A DNA stretch of 64,000 nucleotides from Flavobacteriales bacterium (GTDB lineage Bacteria > Bacteroidota > Bacteroidia > M30B66). The notes beneath the pieces were generated by a model. That model was not told the origin of the DNA. It saw nothing but the letters and a program-made list of their open reading frames with translations, and made no database searches. This document shows positions 1-9,500 of the stretch, piece after piece. The translations under genes were made by a program, and so were the position numbers. The DNA lies in the NCBI GenBank assembly GCA_044369395.1, contig JBIPLZ010000421.1, positions 24,847 through 88,846 on the forward strand, written 5' to 3'. Position 1 is the first letter of the stretch, and the number at the start of each line of letters is the position of its first letter.

Positions 1-45
1 ACAATGCACTACTAACTTTAAAAGATGTAGAGTGGTGTAAAAACA

Positions 46-3000
46 TTAGAAGTTTTGTCCGTATACAGTTCCGTAGGTATTTGTACCGTCTTGGAAGAAA
101 GAAAAGATGTCAATCTTTCCAGCAACACTAGTTGCTGTGGGGGTAGTTCCACCTACCCACTTTAAGGTTGAAGGGCTGCTCCATGTTAATGTGTTTACTG
201 CACCGTACACTACTATTACAACAAAGGACTTACCCGCTGTAGAAGCAGGGAGTGTTAGTGTCATGTTTGCATTGGTGGTAAACTTTTGAATGGTTCCGTT
301 AGAAAGGTTTAAGGTGAAGGCAGATCCTGTGCCTGCATCGTAAAGCGTTTCGGTGTAGTTAGTAAAAGTAGGATTAATAAGCGTACCTGTCCATGCGGTT
401 GCGTAATCGGTTGCACTACTTTTTACCAAAAACTGGTTAGTTGTTCCCCCTGCTGGAACTCCCGTAGCAAGCGTTGCTGTAGAACCTTGTACCCACTGGG
501 AGGAAGTACCATCGTTGACATAGGTGTAGATGATGCCTGTGTTGGTGTCGTACCATTGGTTTCCCGCAGTTGGGGAAGCAGGGGCTGTTGCAGAAGTTGT
601 TACCGAACTACCAGCAGTTACAGTAGACCATGAAGGAGCAGATGTTCCATTTGATTGTAATACTTGCCCCGCTGTTCCAGCAGCAAGAAAACTAGTTGCA
701 CCAGATGCTGTGTTGTAAGGAACTTGACCAGCTCCACCGCCAGCGAGACTAGTTGCAGTTGATGCGTTCCCTGTTAACGCTGCGGTGATAGTGCCAGCAG
801 AAAAGTTTCCAGAAGCATCCCTGCGTACTATAGTGCTAACTGTATTTGCAGTAGCCGTGGAATAACTTTCGAGCAAGGAAGCGTTTAAGTTAGCAACCTG
901 TGTGGTTGATGTTACAGTAATCGGTGCTGTGCCAATAGCTACGGTAGAACTTAGAGTTTCGCCAGTAATTTTTTTGTTTGCAGAAAAACTACCATCACCA
1001 GTCAAACTGGCTATATTAGTCGTTCCGCCATAAAATCTAAATGCTCGGTCTGAAGTCGCTGCTGGTATGGAAAACCATAATGAATTAAGTTGAACACCAG
1101 CAGCGTAATCAGTAGATGATGCACCAAGGTCTTTATAAAAAACAACTTTTGTACCAACACTTCGAGTTGTAAATGTTGGTGCACCGTATCCGTTTGTCCC
1201 TAAATCGATCCAGTTATTAGTCGATCCAGAAAAAGTCAATTGGGCCGAAGTGCTTGAACCAGAACCTCCAAGCGTTATTTTACCAGCACTAAAGTCTCCA
1301 GAAGCATCTCGTTGAACTACATAAGAAGCAGTGTTTGCACTTGTTGCGTTTATTCCGATTGTGCCAGTTCCGGTTATTGTCCCACCTGTTATTGGGGAAG
1401 TGGTTGCAATTGATGTAACTGTTCCAGAGCCTGCCGATGACCAGGATAAGACACCGCTTGCGTTGGTAGATAATACTTGGCCCGCTGTTCCATCTGCTGC
1501 GGGGAGTGTCCAAATTACATTTGAATCAATACTATCTGAGGCTTTAAATCCTACATAGTTTTGTCCGTTGGCATATAGTTCTAAAAAACGAAGCTCGTTC
1601 GTTTTACCAGCAGAAGTTCCAGTTGGGCCTAAGAGTACACTTCCGTTACTACTGATTGTAAAAGCATTGAGAAAATTAGAAAAACCATTTGCAAACACTG
1701 GACTTGAGTACACTTGAGCTTGAAATAAATCTCCTGTTTGACCATTTACCCCTAAGACTGTAATTCCATGCCCAGCAGTTGTTCCTGTTAGAACTCTTAA
1801 AGCATAAGAATTACCTATACCTAAAGAAGTTCCAGCAATAGGTGCAGAGTCTATATGTACAGTTGCTGCTCCTGTCATACCACCCATAGTAGAACCAACT
1901 ACACTATATGTTGGAGCCTGTATTCTAATGCCTTTCGCAAATTGTGCTTGTCCCCAAGCAAAAGATACGGTTCTTGCAAGATTAATATCTATATCAATAC
2001 ATTCAGAACCCGAAGTTAGATTAGTGTGTGCAGGGGCTGTTACAGTAAGACATTTAGATGGTGCTGTATTAGATTGACTTAATGGTGCAATAGTAAGGTT
2101 TCTAGTAGTAGCTGAACCAACTGTAGTTATATTTGTTGAACCATTCCAAGTGGACAGTGCTGTGTTTTCAACATTATTAAGGTTTAAACTTGTTCTGCCT
2201 GTCGCTGCTACTAGGTTTGTTGCCCCACCATCCCACTGAAGCCTTTGAGTGTACGCTGAATCCCAATTTGTTTGGGAAGATGTTGTTGGGATTGAATAAC
2301 CCGAAGTTAATGTTACTGCTAATGTTCCAGTTGTTGTAACAGGTGTTCCGCTTACTGATAAACCTGTTGGAACTGTCATTGCAACAGAAGTTACAGTTCC
2401 AGATCCACCAGCGTTATTATAATCAGAAATTAAAACAGGAGTGTTACTTGCATCTCCAATCCATACTTTTTTATCAATTATGTTTGCTGCAAGCTCACCT
2501 TCTAAAAGAGATGTAGGAGTTGCTGTAGTTGTGCTACTTCTTTTTATTCTTATTGTATTTGGGGTAGGAGTAGGAGTAGGTGTGGGTGTGGGAGTAGGTG
2601 TGGTACACGATCCAACTGTTGTTGTTGGTGCAGGGGTTGTTCCATTACCATAAACAAACCATCCAGTTAAAGGTAGTGTAGTAGAATTACCGGATGCGTA
2701 ATAACCCACACCACCAGAATTATAAAAAAGCCATTCGCTATATTCGCTATCAAAAGAAATTGTTGTAGTAGGGGTTCCCGTTTTTTGATAATTTCCGTTA
2801 GCTAAGATTTCATATGTGCCGTTGTAAGTTGTAGTGCCAGCACCTGCCACGCAAACATTATTTAGGTAGGTGTATAAGGAATTTGCAGAACTTGTGCCGT
2901 TTGCCGTCGTAACTTCAACGCTTGCAGTTCCGGTAGTTCCGGCTGGGGTCGTAGCAGTGATACTTGTTGCACTAACCACATTAACATTAGTCGCAGCAGC

Positions 3001-3411
3001 ACCACCAATAGTAACGGAAGTTGCCCCAGTAAATTTGTACCCTGTTATTGTTATTGACCTATTGCCAACAATAGAACCACTAGTAGGGCTAACAGATGTA
3101 ACAAAAGGTGCAGTTGTACAATCACCGCCAGTTATTGTTGGTGCTGGGGATGCACCAGTAATAACAGACCAAGTTGCTAAAAGTGGATTAGCTTGAAAAG
3201 CATTGCCAGCATAAATAGTGACATTATTTTTTTCAAAAACTAAAGTGTCGCCATCGTAATTCCAATAATATCGTGTAGTTGGAGTTCCAACCTTTTCCCA
3301 CGCATTATTTGTACTATTTAAGGTGTAAACCCCATTTACATCTGGTGTACCAGCACCGGAAACGCAATGTGTATCAGCCACTTTAGAAGCTACCTCCGTC
3401 AATATCCACAC
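46..3411 (-). CDS. long tail fibre protein: N-terminal IPT/TIG-like Ig domain, (PT)n linker, then fibre shaft
   Basis: 1121-aa ORF. The N-terminal ~280 aa contain a TIG/IPT-like beta-sandwich signature (PFVTSVSPTSGSIVGNRSITITGYKFTGATSVTIGG...), followed by the linker TPTPTPTPTPTPTP. Residues NTIRIKRSS...LLEGELAANIID then repeat the N-terminal anchor motif of the neighbouring fibre (MANTIRIKRRS...APAELAYN). The rest is Gly/Thr/Ser-rich with ASGxLSWS and QRDASGxFSAG repeats typical of phage fibre shafts. Confidence 0.65.
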   Translation of the reverse strand: MWILTEVASKVADTHCVSGAGTPDVNGVYTLNSTNNAWEKVGTPTTRYYWNYDGDTLVFEKNNVTIYAGNAFQANPLLATWSVITGASPAPTITGGDCTTAPFVTSVSPTSGSIVGNRSITITGYKFTGATSVTIGGAAATNVNVVSATSITATTPAGTTGTASVEVTTANGTSSANSLYTYLNNVCVAGAGTTTYNGTYEILANGNYQKTGTPTTTISFDSEYSEWLFYNSGGVGYYASGNSTTLPLTGWFVYGNGTTPAPTTTVGSCTTPTPTPTPTPTPTPNTIRIKRSSTTTATPTSLLEGELAANIIDKKVWIGDASNTPVLISDYNNAGGSGTVTSVAMTVPTGLSVSGTPVTTTGTLAVTLTSGYSIPTTSSQTNWDSAYTQRLQWDGGATNLVAATGRTSLNLNNVENTALSTWNGSTNITTVGSATTRNLTIAPLSQSNTAPSKCLTVTAPAHTNLTSGSECIDIDINLARTVSFAWGQAQFAKGIRIQAPTYSVVGSTMGGMTGAATVHIDSAPIAGTSLGIGNSYALRVLTGTTAGHGITVLGVNGQTGDLFQAQVYSSPVFANGFSNFLNAFTISSNGSVLLGPTGTSAGKTNELRFLELYANGQNYVGFKASDSIDSNVIWTLPAADGTAGQVLSTNASGVLSWSSAGSGTVTSIATTSPITGGTITGTGTIGINATSANTASYVVQRDASGDFSAGKITLGGSGSSTSAQLTFSGSTNNWIDLGTNGYGAPTFTTRSVGTKVVFYKDLGASSTDYAAGVQLNSLWFSIPAATSDRAFRFYGGTTNIASLTGDGSFSANKKITGETLSSTVAIGTAPITVTSTTQVANLNASLLESYSTATANTVSTIVRRDASGNFSAGTITAALTGNASTATSLAGGGAGQVPYNTASGATSFLAAGTAGQVLQSNGTSAPSWSTVTAGSSVTTSATAPASPTAGNQWYDTNTGIIYTYVNDGTSSQWVQGSTATLATGVPAGGTTNQFLVKSSATDYATAWTGTLINPTFTNYTETLYDAGTGSAFTLNLSNGTIQKFTTNANMTLTLPASTAGKSFVVIVVYGAVNTLTWSSPSTLKWVGGTTPTATSVAGKIDIFSFFQDGTNTYGTVYGQNF

Positions 3412-4579
3412 CGTTGATTGCCGTTGCAGAAAGAACGGTTGTGCCGTTAATCTTTAAAACTTTGCCAGAAGCAAGGTCTAAGTTCTCGCTGCTAGTCCAC
3501 GAAGATGTAGTCGATATCCATGTGAATAACTTATCAGTTAATCCTTTAAGGGTTAAACCCCCATTGTTTGCCCCTGCATCGGTAGTAGACCCTGTTGCAA
3601 GCTCAATGTTTTTATCCGAAACAGTTAATGTGGTTGAGCTAATTGTAGTTATTGAACCTTGAACTTCTAAAGAGCCAGTCACTACTACATTTCCAGATAC
3701 AGTTCCACCAGAACTTGAAAGGTAAGATAAAGGTGGGACATCTGCTGCCGTTAAAGCTCTAAAAGCTGGGATTGCATTTGCACCAGAAGTTGGACCCATA
3801 AGCATGGTATTCATAGCTTGAGCGTTGAATGTAAGACTAATGTTTCCAGAAGTCGTTACGGGCGAAAATCCAACAGTAATGATACTTTGAAGCGGTGCAG
3901 TAATTCCTACGCTAGTTACAGTTCCAGCATTCGGTGTAATATATTCCACATCTGTACCACCGCTATTAACAGCAAGAACTTTGCCACCGTTACTTGTGTA
4001 TGCGGGAAGTAGGTTTGTTCTTGCTGAAGATGCTGTTGTTGCTCCTGTTCCACCTTGTGCTACGGTAAGAGCGGTGGTTAATCCCGTAATAGATGTTATG
4101 TCTGAGTTTGCTCCGCTTGATGCTGCGGATAAGTTTGATCGAGCACCAGATGCAGTTGTAGATCCAGTACCACCTTGAGCTACGCTTAATGCAGTAGTTA
4201 ATCCGGTTAAAGAAGTAATGTCACTGTTAGAACCAGAAGCAGCAGCACCAAGGTTGGTTCTAGCTGACGAAGCTGAAGAAGCTCCCGTACCACCATCAGC
4301 TACAGCAAGGTCAGTGATACCAGAAATAGAACCACCTGTGATGGTGATGTTAGAAAAAGTTTTTGATGCAGAAATTGTTTGAGTAGTTCCCGTGGTCATA
4401 AACGCACCAGAACCAGCTACTGAAACAATAGATGAAGAGTTGCCAGAACCGCCATCACCAAACCCGTAGTAAAGGGTATTGTCGTTTTCGTTATATGCAA
4501 GCTCGGCAGGGGCTAAAGTTGCTGGTGCTCCGGAAGCCCCTGCTGCTGATCTTCTTTTAATGCGAATTGTATTAGCCAT
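3383..4579 (-). CDS. tail fibre protein with tandem ~40-aa AQGGTG...ARSNL repeats
   Basis: 398-aa ORF starting MANTIRIKRRS (conserved fibre N-terminus). It has three tandem copies of ITSLTGLTTALxVAQGGTGxTTASxARxNL. It is adjacent to the collagen-like ORF and the long fibre. Confidence 0.65.
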   Translation of the reverse strand: MANTIRIKRRSAAGASGAPATLAPAELAYNENDNTLYYGFGDGGSGNSSSIVSVAGSGAFMTTGTTQTISASKTFSNITITGGSISGITDLAVADGGTGASSASSARTNLGAAASGSNSDITSLTGLTTALSVAQGGTGSTTASGARSNLSAASSGANSDITSITGLTTALTVAQGGTGATTASSARTNLLPAYTSNGGKVLAVNSGGTDVEYITPNAGTVTSVGITAPLQSIITVGFSPVTTSGNISLTFNAQAMNTMLMGPTSGANAIPAFRALTAADVPPLSYLSSSGGTVSGNVVVTGSLEVQGSITTISSTTLTVSDKNIELATGSTTDAGANNGGLTLKGLTDKLFTWISTTSSWTSSENLDLASGKVLKINGTTVLSATAINGVDIDGGSF

Positions 4580-4603
4580 GGTCAGGAGTCCTTTAGGTTA
4601 AAA

Positions 4604-4843
4604 TTAATAGTTACCGCCGTCAATTGTTTCGGTGTTTACATTAGTCCAAGTCGTACCGTTGTACTTTAAAAATTGGTTGTTAACAGGGCCGATTATATTG
4701 ACATCGCTCATAAGAGCTAGGTTTCCAGAAAGGCCCGGAGGGCCTTGCGGGCCTTGGGTTCCGGTTTGAGATACGGTCAATTGGGTTGTTTGTGTGTTGA
4801 CAGTTACTAGTGTTGTTTGTGGGGTAATAATAATGTCTGGCAT
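4604..4843 (-). CDS. small collagen-like (G-x-y) fibre-associated protein
   Basis: 79-aa ORF with GTQGPQGPPGLSG collagen-type triplets. Its stop overlaps the upstream start as ATGA. It lies within the fibre cluster. Confidence 0.45.
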   Translation of the reverse strand: MPDIIITPQTTLVTVNTQTTQLTVSQTGTQGPQGPPGLSGNLALMSDVNIIGPVNNQFLKYNGTTWTNVNTETIDGGNY

Positions 4844-5190
4844 TAGCGAGTTACCTCCGGTGAAACGACTGCTTCTCCTTGTATCATTCGGGTAACAAAG
4901 CCCGATGCAGATACAGTCTCTAAATCGTAAACATAGGTTTTAGCGATAAGAGCTGCTGTTGTTGATGCGGATAGAAGGAGTCTTACCACACCAGTAAGAG
5001 GGATAATAACTATTCGGCCGTTTTCAGTAGTTAGCTCTACGATAACTTCGGGGGCAGTGTAAGAAGTTCGTAACTGCATACGGGCGGTGTACCCCGTAAG
5101 GTTGACGGGAGTTCCGTCTGCGTTCTTAAAGGCAATCTCTAGAGAAAGATTGGAGCCTTGGTTGATGTTAAGTTCATATATTTCAGCCAT
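4843..5190 (-). CDS. hypothetical virion/tail protein
   Basis: 115-aa ORF in the tail module, translationally coupled to the collagen-like ORF. Confidence 0.3.
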   Translation of the reverse strand: MAEIYELNINQGSNLSLEIAFKNADGTPVNLTGYTARMQLRTSYTAPEVIVELTTENGRIVIIPLTGVVRLLLSASTTAALIAKTYVYDLETVSASGFVTRMIQGEAVVSPEVTR

Positions 5191-5204
5191 AATGCACCTT
5201 TAAG

Positions 5205-5275
5205 GCTAGGATAAGTAGGATTATACATCAAAAAAACGCATGGATCTAGAGTAAAGCGAGAGATTATACAGTTTC
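5205..5275 (-). promoter_or_regulatory. two TGTATAAT extended -10-like boxes between tail genes (minus-strand orientation)
   Basis: Minus strand reads ACTGTATAATCTC and GATGTATAATCCT within 60 nt. Confidence 0.25.
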
Positions 5276-5277
5276 TA

Positions 5278-6534
5278 TTAGGTCATCCAAACGTTAGTTT
5301 TTCCGTCTCTTGACGCATATTCGTAATTTTTAAATAACAAAGAAAAATCTTTGTATTTGTAAACAGTATTTCCGGGTACAGCTCCTGGAGGTAAAATATT
5401 AGTTACGTTGTCGTAAGCTTCTATAGGTGGAAAACCGTTATGGGTTATAAGTTTATAACTTTGACTTCCTTGTAAAACTCTAGCAACAGCACCGGGAAGT
5501 TTTAAATTAGTATCTTTAGAAACTGGAAAATGTTGTAAAAACCAATTATGACCTCTAGGTTCTGTAGTAGGCTGACTTGTATTAACTGCCCCCGGCTCAG
5601 GATCAAAAAACTTCATTTTAAAAGTGATGTCATAAAGACGTTGATCTTCTAACCATCGATAAGGTTTTAACTCTACATTAGTAAGAAGTAATTGACCTTT
5701 TTTTGCACCAAGTGCATCCCAATCATATAAATTTACAGAGCCAATATGTGTTTTAATTGCTGCTGGAATACCGGGAACTTTGTGATGTATTACAACAATT
5801 TCAGAAGCACTTACTATTTTACCCTGAGCTCCTTGAACCATAATACCTACTGGCTCTTTTGTTTTAGCATCTAACAGCGGAAGTCCGTTTTTATCAAACT
5901 CTACCCACTTGTAAGCACCAAAAGGTAAGGATAAAAATTCTGCGGTTGGTTGTTTAAATACAGTAGTAAATTGAGATAATTGATACTCATCTGGTGATAC
6001 AGATTGTGATCCAATAAGTGGTTCTACTCGATAAGTAACTGATTCATAATTAATAGTTATTCTTGCTATGTCATAATAAGATGTTTGTAGTTTTGATCCA
6101 CTGCCTAAACTGTCATATAATATTTGTTGACCTAAACATTCAATGCTTTCTAGTCCAGTAGCAACCATAAAACTTTTTGCTGCTCCACCATTTGGACCAC
6201 CGTTTGATCCGTAGTATACATAATATTGATCGGGTTTTTCTCTTACTATTGTGTTGTCTGTAGGTGTTCCATCAATTGTTGCTGTTCCAAGCATGTATTT
6301 TATAAAAACCCATCTTTGTGGATAAGGAACATCAAAAGTTCTACGAGCACGAAACGTATCACCAGTGTATGACTCTTGTGGAGATCCTGGTCTTTCGTAA
6401 TAAGTTACAGCTTCTGTTCTTGGTTCTGCGGGTGTATTTGGAAAAGCAGAAGCCACTTTATAATTAATAATTGCAACTGACATTTTAAACTCCTTAAGAG
6501 GATGCGCCCATAGGTATTTTGTTTTCTCGAACAC
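5278..6534 (-). CDS. hypothetical distal tail/baseplate protein (probable true start at 6483)
   Basis: 418-aa ORF directly downstream of the tape-measure-like gene. An internal Met (MSVAIINYK) at 6483 is preceded by AAGGAG on the minus strand and removes the overlap with the giant gene. Confidence 0.4.
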   Translation of the reverse strand: MFEKTKYLWAHPLKEFKMSVAIINYKVASAFPNTPAEPRTEAVTYYERPGSPQESYTGDTFRARRTFDVPYPQRWVFIKYMLGTATIDGTPTDNTIVREKPDQYYVYYGSNGGPNGGAAKSFMVATGLESIECLGQQILYDSLGSGSKLQTSYYDIARITINYESVTYRVEPLIGSQSVSPDEYQLSQFTTVFKQPTAEFLSLPFGAYKWVEFDKNGLPLLDAKTKEPVGIMVQGAQGKIVSASEIVVIHHKVPGIPAAIKTHIGSVNLYDWDALGAKKGQLLLTNVELKPYRWLEDQRLYDITFKMKFFDPEPGAVNTSQPTTEPRGHNWFLQHFPVSKDTNLKLPGAVARVLQGSQSYKLITHNGFPPIEAYDNVTNILPPGAVPGNTVYKYKDFSLLFKNYEYASRDGKTNVWMT

Positions 6535-9500
6535 CCTCGTTTACTTTTTCAAGCTCTTTAAGCATGTTTATTAAACCGTGCTCATTCATTTTTTTCAATT
6601 CTGCTGTCATAGGATCATCACCAAGAGCCGATACTTGGATTTTTTTGTATGCTTCTTCTACAGAAGAATAAGAAGATTGTGACTTAGAACTTTGATATGC
6701 CATTGATAATTGTTGTTTAGAATCATTAGCAGGCAATGGTTTTCCGTTAGCATCTTTTTCATTTCTTCGTTTATCACCAAAAGCTAAATTTGAAGTTCCA
6801 CTTGCAATCTTACTTCCACCCCAAGATCCCAGTGCTCCACCTATTAAACCGCCTACAGCACCACCCACCGCAGTTCCAAGAGGTCCTACTAAAGAGCCAA
6901 GTGCAGCACCTGCCCAAGCACCACCCATAGCACCTGCTAAAGCACCACCGCCTGCACCAGCTACTTGAGCTCCTGTGCGTACAACATTTTCTCCACCACT
7001 CATACTTTTAATGTCAGCGTTTTCCATTCCTTCAGAAACACCACCTACAATGCCAGAAAGAATTCCACCTGTCATAGCAGCTCCACCACCTCCAGCTAAT
7101 AGTTTTGCTAAAAACCCAGTAGTTTTTGCACCAGTGGTACTGGCTGCTCCAGCCGTTGCTGCACTTGCCCCCGCTTTAGCAGCTCCCGCTGTAGCAGCAC
7201 CTGCTCCCGCAGTAGCAGCACCTGCACCTGCGGTAGCGGTAGCAGCACCTGCTGCTACTGGAGATACTGGAGGAACGGCTGCTCCTCTTCTTAGCATTAA
7301 AGAACTTGCTAATAAAGCTGCTCGAAAGAATGCAAATCCGTTTATTAAAAGAGATACACCCGATACAAGGGCTCCAAAGAAAGCAATCGCAGGAAGAACG
7401 GCTGCTCCTAAAAGTGCAATGCCTACGCCAAGAGCTAGGAATTTTCCATCTAAAACGCTGTTAACAAGACTGGAAAACATGCTAAACAATCTTCCAGCCG
7501 TTCCCGTACCGTTCATTATTTCCCTTGCCCACGTTTGAATTATTTGTGAAGCTCTAAGAAATACGGGAATTAAAGCCATGCCTACCGCACCCGATAAAAG
7601 CTTAATCGATCCGGTAAACGTAGCAAAAGTATCAGGAGATGCGTTAGCAGTCATACCACTCATGCTTTGACTAAAGCTTTGAATCTTTGCACTAGCTTCG
7701 GTAAGGTTTGATACAAAAGCTCCAAATCTTGTGTTTTTAACAAAATCGTTTAGCTTGTCTTTAAATGGGCCCATTATATCGCCGGAAGAGTAACTACCAC
7801 CAGAAGGTCTGGTAATAGTTGCACTTCCCCCACCAACCACACCGCCCCTTGCCATATGAGAAACACCGCGTTTTTTGTAAGCCCCTAACGCTGCCATCAT
7901 GTAAGGCACATCTTTTTTGGCGGTTATGTATTCTCCCTCTTGTGCCCAAACAGGAGTTTGATCTAAACCTTTAGGCTTTCCAGGAAATGAGTTTTTACCT
8001 CCTACAAATCCACCTAGAAAATGATGTTCTGGCCGTCTTCCACTTCCAGCTTCTGGATCAACAGCAGGTTTGTTTTTTATTAAATCATTTAATATTTCTG
8101 TTAAAGCTTGTAGTTCTTGTTTGAGTTTTTCTATAGCATCTGCACTAGCTTCAATTGCTTTTTTTTGTTTTTCAACTGCTATATCAATGTCTGCATCTGA
8201 AATTTCTGCACCGCTCATTTTTTGAGCTTGCAGTTCTTTTTCTAAATCTTCCGGAGATTTCATATTCTCTAGATCATATTTTTGAGCTTCTTTTATTTCT
8301 ATTTCATTTCTTTTTTCTTTTATTTCGGGAGTGTCTGTAGCATCTTCTTTTTGTTTACTTCTTTCTTTTTGTCGATGTTTTTTTTCTTCTTCTCTTTCCT
8401 CAAATCGTTCAGCTCTTTCAGTATTAAAACGATTAACTAAAAGACCTCCACCTAGTTTACCTAAAAATCCCCCTATAAGAGATCCAATAATTCCTCCTAT
8501 AGGTCCAACTGCTGCTGTACCAAATGAAACACCAACCGCAGCGCCAAAAGCTGCACCCATAACACCTATACTTGTTTCAGCTTGAGGAAGAACTTTTGAA
8601 GGTTTATCATCTGCGGTGTTTTCTATATATTTAATTTCGTACTCAGGGTATTTTTTCTGAATTTGTTGAAAGGCTTCTTCTTCACTACTTGCGTATTCGT
8701 GACCTTCTTTTTCACGAGTAAAATCATTTACGTCTTTATTTGGATTAATTATGTTGTAGTAAAATTCTTTTTCTTTAGAATCATCTTCGGGTTTATTGTT
8801 TTCTAGTTCTTCATATACAGGCGGTTTATTTGATTTAGTTATTTTAGTAAGAGCATATCCTAGTTCTTTAACTTTTTGTTGAGCTTCTTCTTCTGAACTA
8901 GCATTAATAGAATCTTTAACTTCTGTGCCTGTAGAATCCATTGCTTCGTAGTCATATCTAAACTTTGATTTTTTTTCTTTTGTTTCTTCTGTATTAGGAA
9001 TTGCATTAACAATAGAATCTACGTCAATAGTGTCGTGATCTTCGTAAGCATTTCCACTGTAACGGTTAAGAGTTTCGGCTAATACTTCTGCCCAACCTGC
9101 TGGTACTTCTTCTCTAAATCGAGGAATAGCTTGTTTAGATTCTGCATTAATCTTTGTTGTAGCTTCTTCTTTTTTTTCTTCTTGTTTTTCTTCTTTTGTT
9201 ACGTCTGGATTTTTAGTAACTTCTGGTTTTGTATCCTTAGCATCTTCTGTTGTTGCATCACTAGGTTCTGAAATAATTAACGGTTCGTCATCATCTTTTT
9301 TTACTTCGGTAGTTGTTTCAGCGGTGCTGCGTTTAATATCATTAAGTCGGTTTAATTGATTTTGAACAATAACCAGATTGGCTCTAGCGATCTTTTGAAA
9401 GATCGGGTTTGCCATTGTCTTAAGATAAGCTTCTATTTTTTTCTGTTCTTGTTCTAAAGATCCTCTTCCGCTTTCATCTATTCTTTTAACTGCGGTAGGA

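Noticed and set aside
3383-4579. Tandem ~120-nt repeats as a CRISPR-like array
   Set aside because: The repeats are in-frame coding repeats of the fibre protein (AQGGTG units) with no spacer/repeat alternation.
6975-7538. 187-aa plus-strand Ala/Pro-rich ORF, and other antisense ORFs (1289-1513, 8155-8585, 10959-11294, 17307-17558, 21020-21367, 22257-22840)
   Set aside because: They lie antisense to strongly supported long genes, have low-complexity composition mirroring Gly/Ala or Lys/Glu codon runs, and lack an RBS.
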